A DNA stretch of 64,000 bases, from the NCBI GenBank assembly GCA_963810275.1, contig CAWENF010000003.1, positions 32,001 to 96,000 on the forward strand, written 5' to 3'. The notes below the pieces were generated by a model, which worked only from the letters and a program-made list of their open reading frames with translations, was not told where the DNA came from and searched no databases. A program made the position numbers and the translations under genes. The DNA comes from an uncultured archaeon (lineage in GTDB: Archaea > Thermoproteota > Bathyarchaeia > Bathyarchaeales > Bathycorpusculaceae). Positions 61,094 to 64,000 of this stretch are shown here, one piece after another (positions within the stretch are counted from its first letter, which is position 1; each line of letters opens with the position of its first letter).

Positions 61094-61645
61094 ATGAGCG
61101 AAAAACCCGTCCACACCCCCAAACACGACCAATCAGTATCCTTCAAAATTGCAGCGGGAGCCATATTCGCTGGTCTTGTTGCAGTTGCCACATTTATTTT
61201 TGTGGTTCCAATTCCCGCAACCACAGGCTACTTCAACTTAGGTGACACATTCATCTACGTTGCAGCCCTGCTGCTAGGACCAGCCGTCGGAGCAGCCGCA
61301 GGAGCAGGCGCAGCCATCGCAGACATCATTGGATTCCCAGCGTTTGCTCCAGGCACATTCGCAATCAAGTTAATTGAAGGATTCATTGTCGGCTACTTAA
61401 CTAGAAAACTCTACAACAAAACAAGAAACCTAACTCTAAGCGCAACCGTCGCCATCGTCATCGGCGGATTAGAAATGGTCGTAGGTTACTTTGTCTATGA
61501 ACAAGTAGTTTTAGGCATCCCGTTTTACGGTGCACTTGCAGAGGTACCATTCAACTTGATTCAGATGATAGCAGGCTTGCTGATTGCAGTGCCAGTGATG
61601 CATGCGGTTCTACGGGTTTTCCCACAGCTTAAAAGCTACTTCTAA
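61094..61645 (+). CDS. ECF transporter S component
   Basis: AIFAGLV.VAT, PATTGYFNLGD, GAAIAD, K..EG. Confidence 0.88.
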   Translation: MSEKPVHTPKHDQSVSFKIAAGAIFAGLVAVATFIFVVPIPATTGYFNLGDTFIYVAALLLGPAVGAAAGAGAAIADIIGFPAFAPGTFAIKLIEGFIVGYLTRKLYNKTRNLTLSATVAIVIGGLEMVVGYFVYEQVVLGIPFYGALAEVPFNLIQMIAGLLIAVPVMHAVLRVFPQLKSYF

Positions 61646-61658
61646 CAGAGGAATACAC

Positions 61659-62666
61659 ATGAAGCTAAAACCCGGCAAAATTCCTGTAGACATCCTAAAA
61701 GACGTGGTCTTCAAGAACCTAGGCGCCGCCCGTCCAGAAGTAGTGTTGGGTCCAGCCTCAGGCATAGACGGTGCAATTCTTGATTTGGGCACAAAAGACG
61801 CAGTGGTCTCCATGGACCCCATTACGGGCGCAGTGGAACACATCGGCATGGAAGCCATCAACATAAACGCCAACGACGTCGCCACATTTGGGGTGGAACC
61901 AGCTTTTTTCTTCAGCTGTATTATGCTTCCACAGAACGCTGATAGCCAAATCATCGAGAAAATCAGCACACAGATGCACCACGCCGCCAGACAACTCGGA
62001 ATCGCAATTGTGGGCGGTCACTGCGAAGTCACCCCAGGTATCCTAAACCCAATCGTTGTCGGCTGTGTTATGGGCTTAACCGAGAAAGGCAAGTACGTGA
62101 CGACAGCAGGGACTAAGGCAGGCGACAAAATTATCTTAACTAAAACGGCGGGCATCGAAGGCACCGCCATACTTGCAACAGACCGCGAAGAACAACTCAA
62201 AAAAGTATTTAGCCAGACACTGCTGGACTGCGCTAAAGGCTTCTACAGCCAAATCAGTGTAGTCAAAGACGCCCTGACCGCTTACAGAGCGGGCGGAGTA
62301 CACGCAATGCATGACCCAACCGAAGGCGGCATCCTAAACGGGGTTCAAGAGATGGCAGACGCAGCGGGCTTGGGTGTAAAGGTGTTTGGTGAAAGGATTA
62401 CGGTGGAGCCTGAAACCGCCAAGATTTGCCGCTACTACGAAATTGACCCGCTTCAGTTAATTAGTTCAGGCGCTTTGCTCATATCAGCTGAACCTAAAGC
62501 CGCCGACAACATTATCGAGAACCTCGCAGAAAAACGCGTCTTTGCGGACGTAATCGGCGAGTTCACAGCTAACCCAAACAAGCGCATCCTACACACAGGC
62601 GACGACCAATCCGAGATACTGCCCAGACCCGAATCAGATCACCTCTGGATAGCCCTAAGCAGATAA
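61659..62666 (+). CDS. AIR synthase-like (PurM/HypE/ThiL superfamily) protein
   Basis: MKLKPGKIP, G.D.A, DPITG, NANDVAT.G, GGH.EVT, AMHDPTEGG. Confidence 0.85.
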   Translation: MKLKPGKIPVDILKDVVFKNLGAARPEVVLGPASGIDGAILDLGTKDAVVSMDPITGAVEHIGMEAININANDVATFGVEPAFFFSCIMLPQNADSQIIEKISTQMHHAARQLGIAIVGGHCEVTPGILNPIVVGCVMGLTEKGKYVTTAGTKAGDKIILTKTAGIEGTAILATDREEQLKKVFSQTLLDCAKGFYSQISVVKDALTAYRAGGVHAMHDPTEGGILNGVQEMADAAGLGVKVFGERITVEPETAKICRYYEIDPLQLISSGALLISAEPKAADNIIENLAEKRVFADVIGEFTANPNKRILHTGDDQSEILPRPESDHLWIALSR

Positions 62667-62672
62667 AACCAA

Positions 62673-63449
62673 CTAAACTTTATGTAAACCGTTGCGGAAC
62701 CCGTTTAGAGGCAACTGTAACGCCCAGTACACAAAGAAAACCGGGTAAAACAGAACATACTCGTAAAGATGAGAATACACCAAGCAGCAACGCAGCTCCA
62801 AAATAGCCTGTGACAAACCGTTCTTAACGCTCCAGTTGTCAGGCGCCTTATCATGCAGGCAATACACGCTGCTGCCCACCGTCACCTTGTATCCGCGGCT
62901 CTCAATGTACCGCACGAGGTATGCGTCCTCGTAGAGGTGAAGTTCATCTGGAATTGTTATGCCCTCCACAGCTTTGCGCAGAATAAGCGTATCGTGCATG
63001 CCACCCCTCAGCTTAAAGCACCGCCGAGCCACTATCGTCTGCACCTTTAAGATTCGCTTGTTTCTGATATTAGGCAGCAAATCAATGTTTACGCCCCACA
63101 CTGCACCCACACCATCCACTAAGTCCTTCAGAACGTTTTTGAACCAGTATTTGCTGAGCAACACGTCACTGTCTAAAAACAGGAACCAATCCGTTGTGAC
63201 TCTACGTATACCCTCTGTTCGCGCAGCCGCCCTGGACCCCTTCATCTGGTAAAGCTGAACGTTATGATGTTTGCGATTGAACGTTTCGACGATTTGAAGT
63301 GTTCTGTCGGTTGAGTAGCCATCGATTACGATGAGGTTGTTTACAGGAACATTTTTGTAAACCGAGTTGAGACATTGGGCGAGAAGGTGCGCACTGTTTT
63401 TTGTTAGTACCACAACATCGACTTTGAGGGGAACCTGCAAAGATATCAT
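62673..63449 (-). CDS. Glycosyltransferase family 2
   Basis: TKNS, IDGYSTDRT, FLDSDV, LYEDA. Confidence 0.85.
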   Translation of the reverse strand: MISLQVPLKVDVVVLTKNSAHLLAQCLNSVYKNVPVNNLIVIDGYSTDRTLQIVETFNRKHHNVQLYQMKGSRAAARTEGIRRVTTDWFLFLDSDVLLSKYWFKNVLKDLVDGVGAVWGVNIDLLPNIRNKRILKVQTIVARRCFKLRGGMHDTLILRKAVEGITIPDELHLYEDAYLVRYIESRGYKVTVGSSVYCLHDKAPDNWSVKNGLSQAILELRCCLVYSHLYEYVLFYPVFFVYWALQLPLNGFRNGLHKV

Positions 63450-63490
63450 CTCATTAATGAGGACTGTTTGCTTTTAAACGTAAACCCAAA

Positions 63491-64000
63491 TTACGATGGT
63501 TCCTGAACAAACAACTGATAAATTGAGTACGCAGCATAGAAGCCGTAGGCAAAAAGCAGCTTGGCGATTAGACGAGGGCTGCCAATGCGCAGCGCCTCAG
63601 AAATTAAGCCAAGGCTCCCTTTAAACGTCCAAACAGTTTGCGGGCGGTAGTGGATGCAAAATGGACTGTAGCAGGCGACGACACGAAACCCTTTGCTTGC
63701 AATCCAGTCCTTGATGTAGGCATCCTCAAAAACGTGAAGGTTTGGGGGGATTTTAATGTCTTTAACGAGGATAGTACGAATAAGAGTGTCGTGGGTGCCG
63801 CCTCGGACTTCAAAGATGCGTCTCGTAGTTGTCAAGAACAGTCGAATCGCTTTGCTGCTTGAAAGAGTGGACCAAACTTCGATGCCCCACACTGCACCCA
63901 CGTCGGGCTGCATGTATTGTTGAGCTTTTTTGTACCAGTCGGCGCAGAGCACGACGTCGCTGTCCACGAACATGAACCATTCGGCGGTGACAGCTTGGAT
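63491..64000 (-). CDS. Glycosyltransferase family 2, paralog of 62673-63449 (5' end outside window)
   Basis: FVDSDV, GAVWG, RGGTHDTLI, VFEDA. Confidence 0.82.
   Translation of the reverse strand: MQAVTAEWFMFVDSDVVLCADWYKKAQQYMQPDVGAVWGIEVWSTLSSSKAIRLFLTTTRRIFEVRGGTHDTLIRTILVKDIKIPPNLHVFEDAYIKDWIASKGFRVVACYSPFCIHYRPQTVWTFKGSLGLISEALRIGSPRLIAKLLFAYGFYAAYSIYQLFVQEPS

Overview
Archaeal genomic window, probably Bathyarchaeia (inferred from gene content, TATA/BRE-type promoters and a tRNA with a non-canonical D-loop intron). 1-22.7 kb is an AT-rich surface-glycosylation locus: flippase, four GT-C-like polytopic membrane proteins, GT4 and GT2 enzymes, and a gmd/cupin/methyltransferase/perosamine-synthase-like module. 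23-30.4 kb holds a complete bacterial-type NHEJ set (Ku, LigD LIG-PE fusion, separate LigD POL) coupled to DUF72, next to an OB-fold ssDNA-binding protein. 33.3-38.3 kb is a large surface-anchored S8 protease. 40668-49060 is an 8.4-kb element integrated in the 3' end of an intron-containing tRNA-Leu(TAA), with 32-bp direct repeats and an SSV-type split tyrosine integrase. It carries a Rep-like ATPase core and two arms of cargo genes (surface proteins; HEPN/AbiJ-like defence genes). These genes are punctuated by nine copies of an unrecognised ~33-bp site that sits at gene boundaries, giving a cassette-array-like organisation, which is the most novel-looking feature here. The rest is housekeeping (cysteine synthase, DNA ligase, ThiF/MoeB, MFS, ilvC, FprA, ECF-S, AIR-synthase-like, GT2s). 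Many genes show single-base indels, probably long-read assembly errors.
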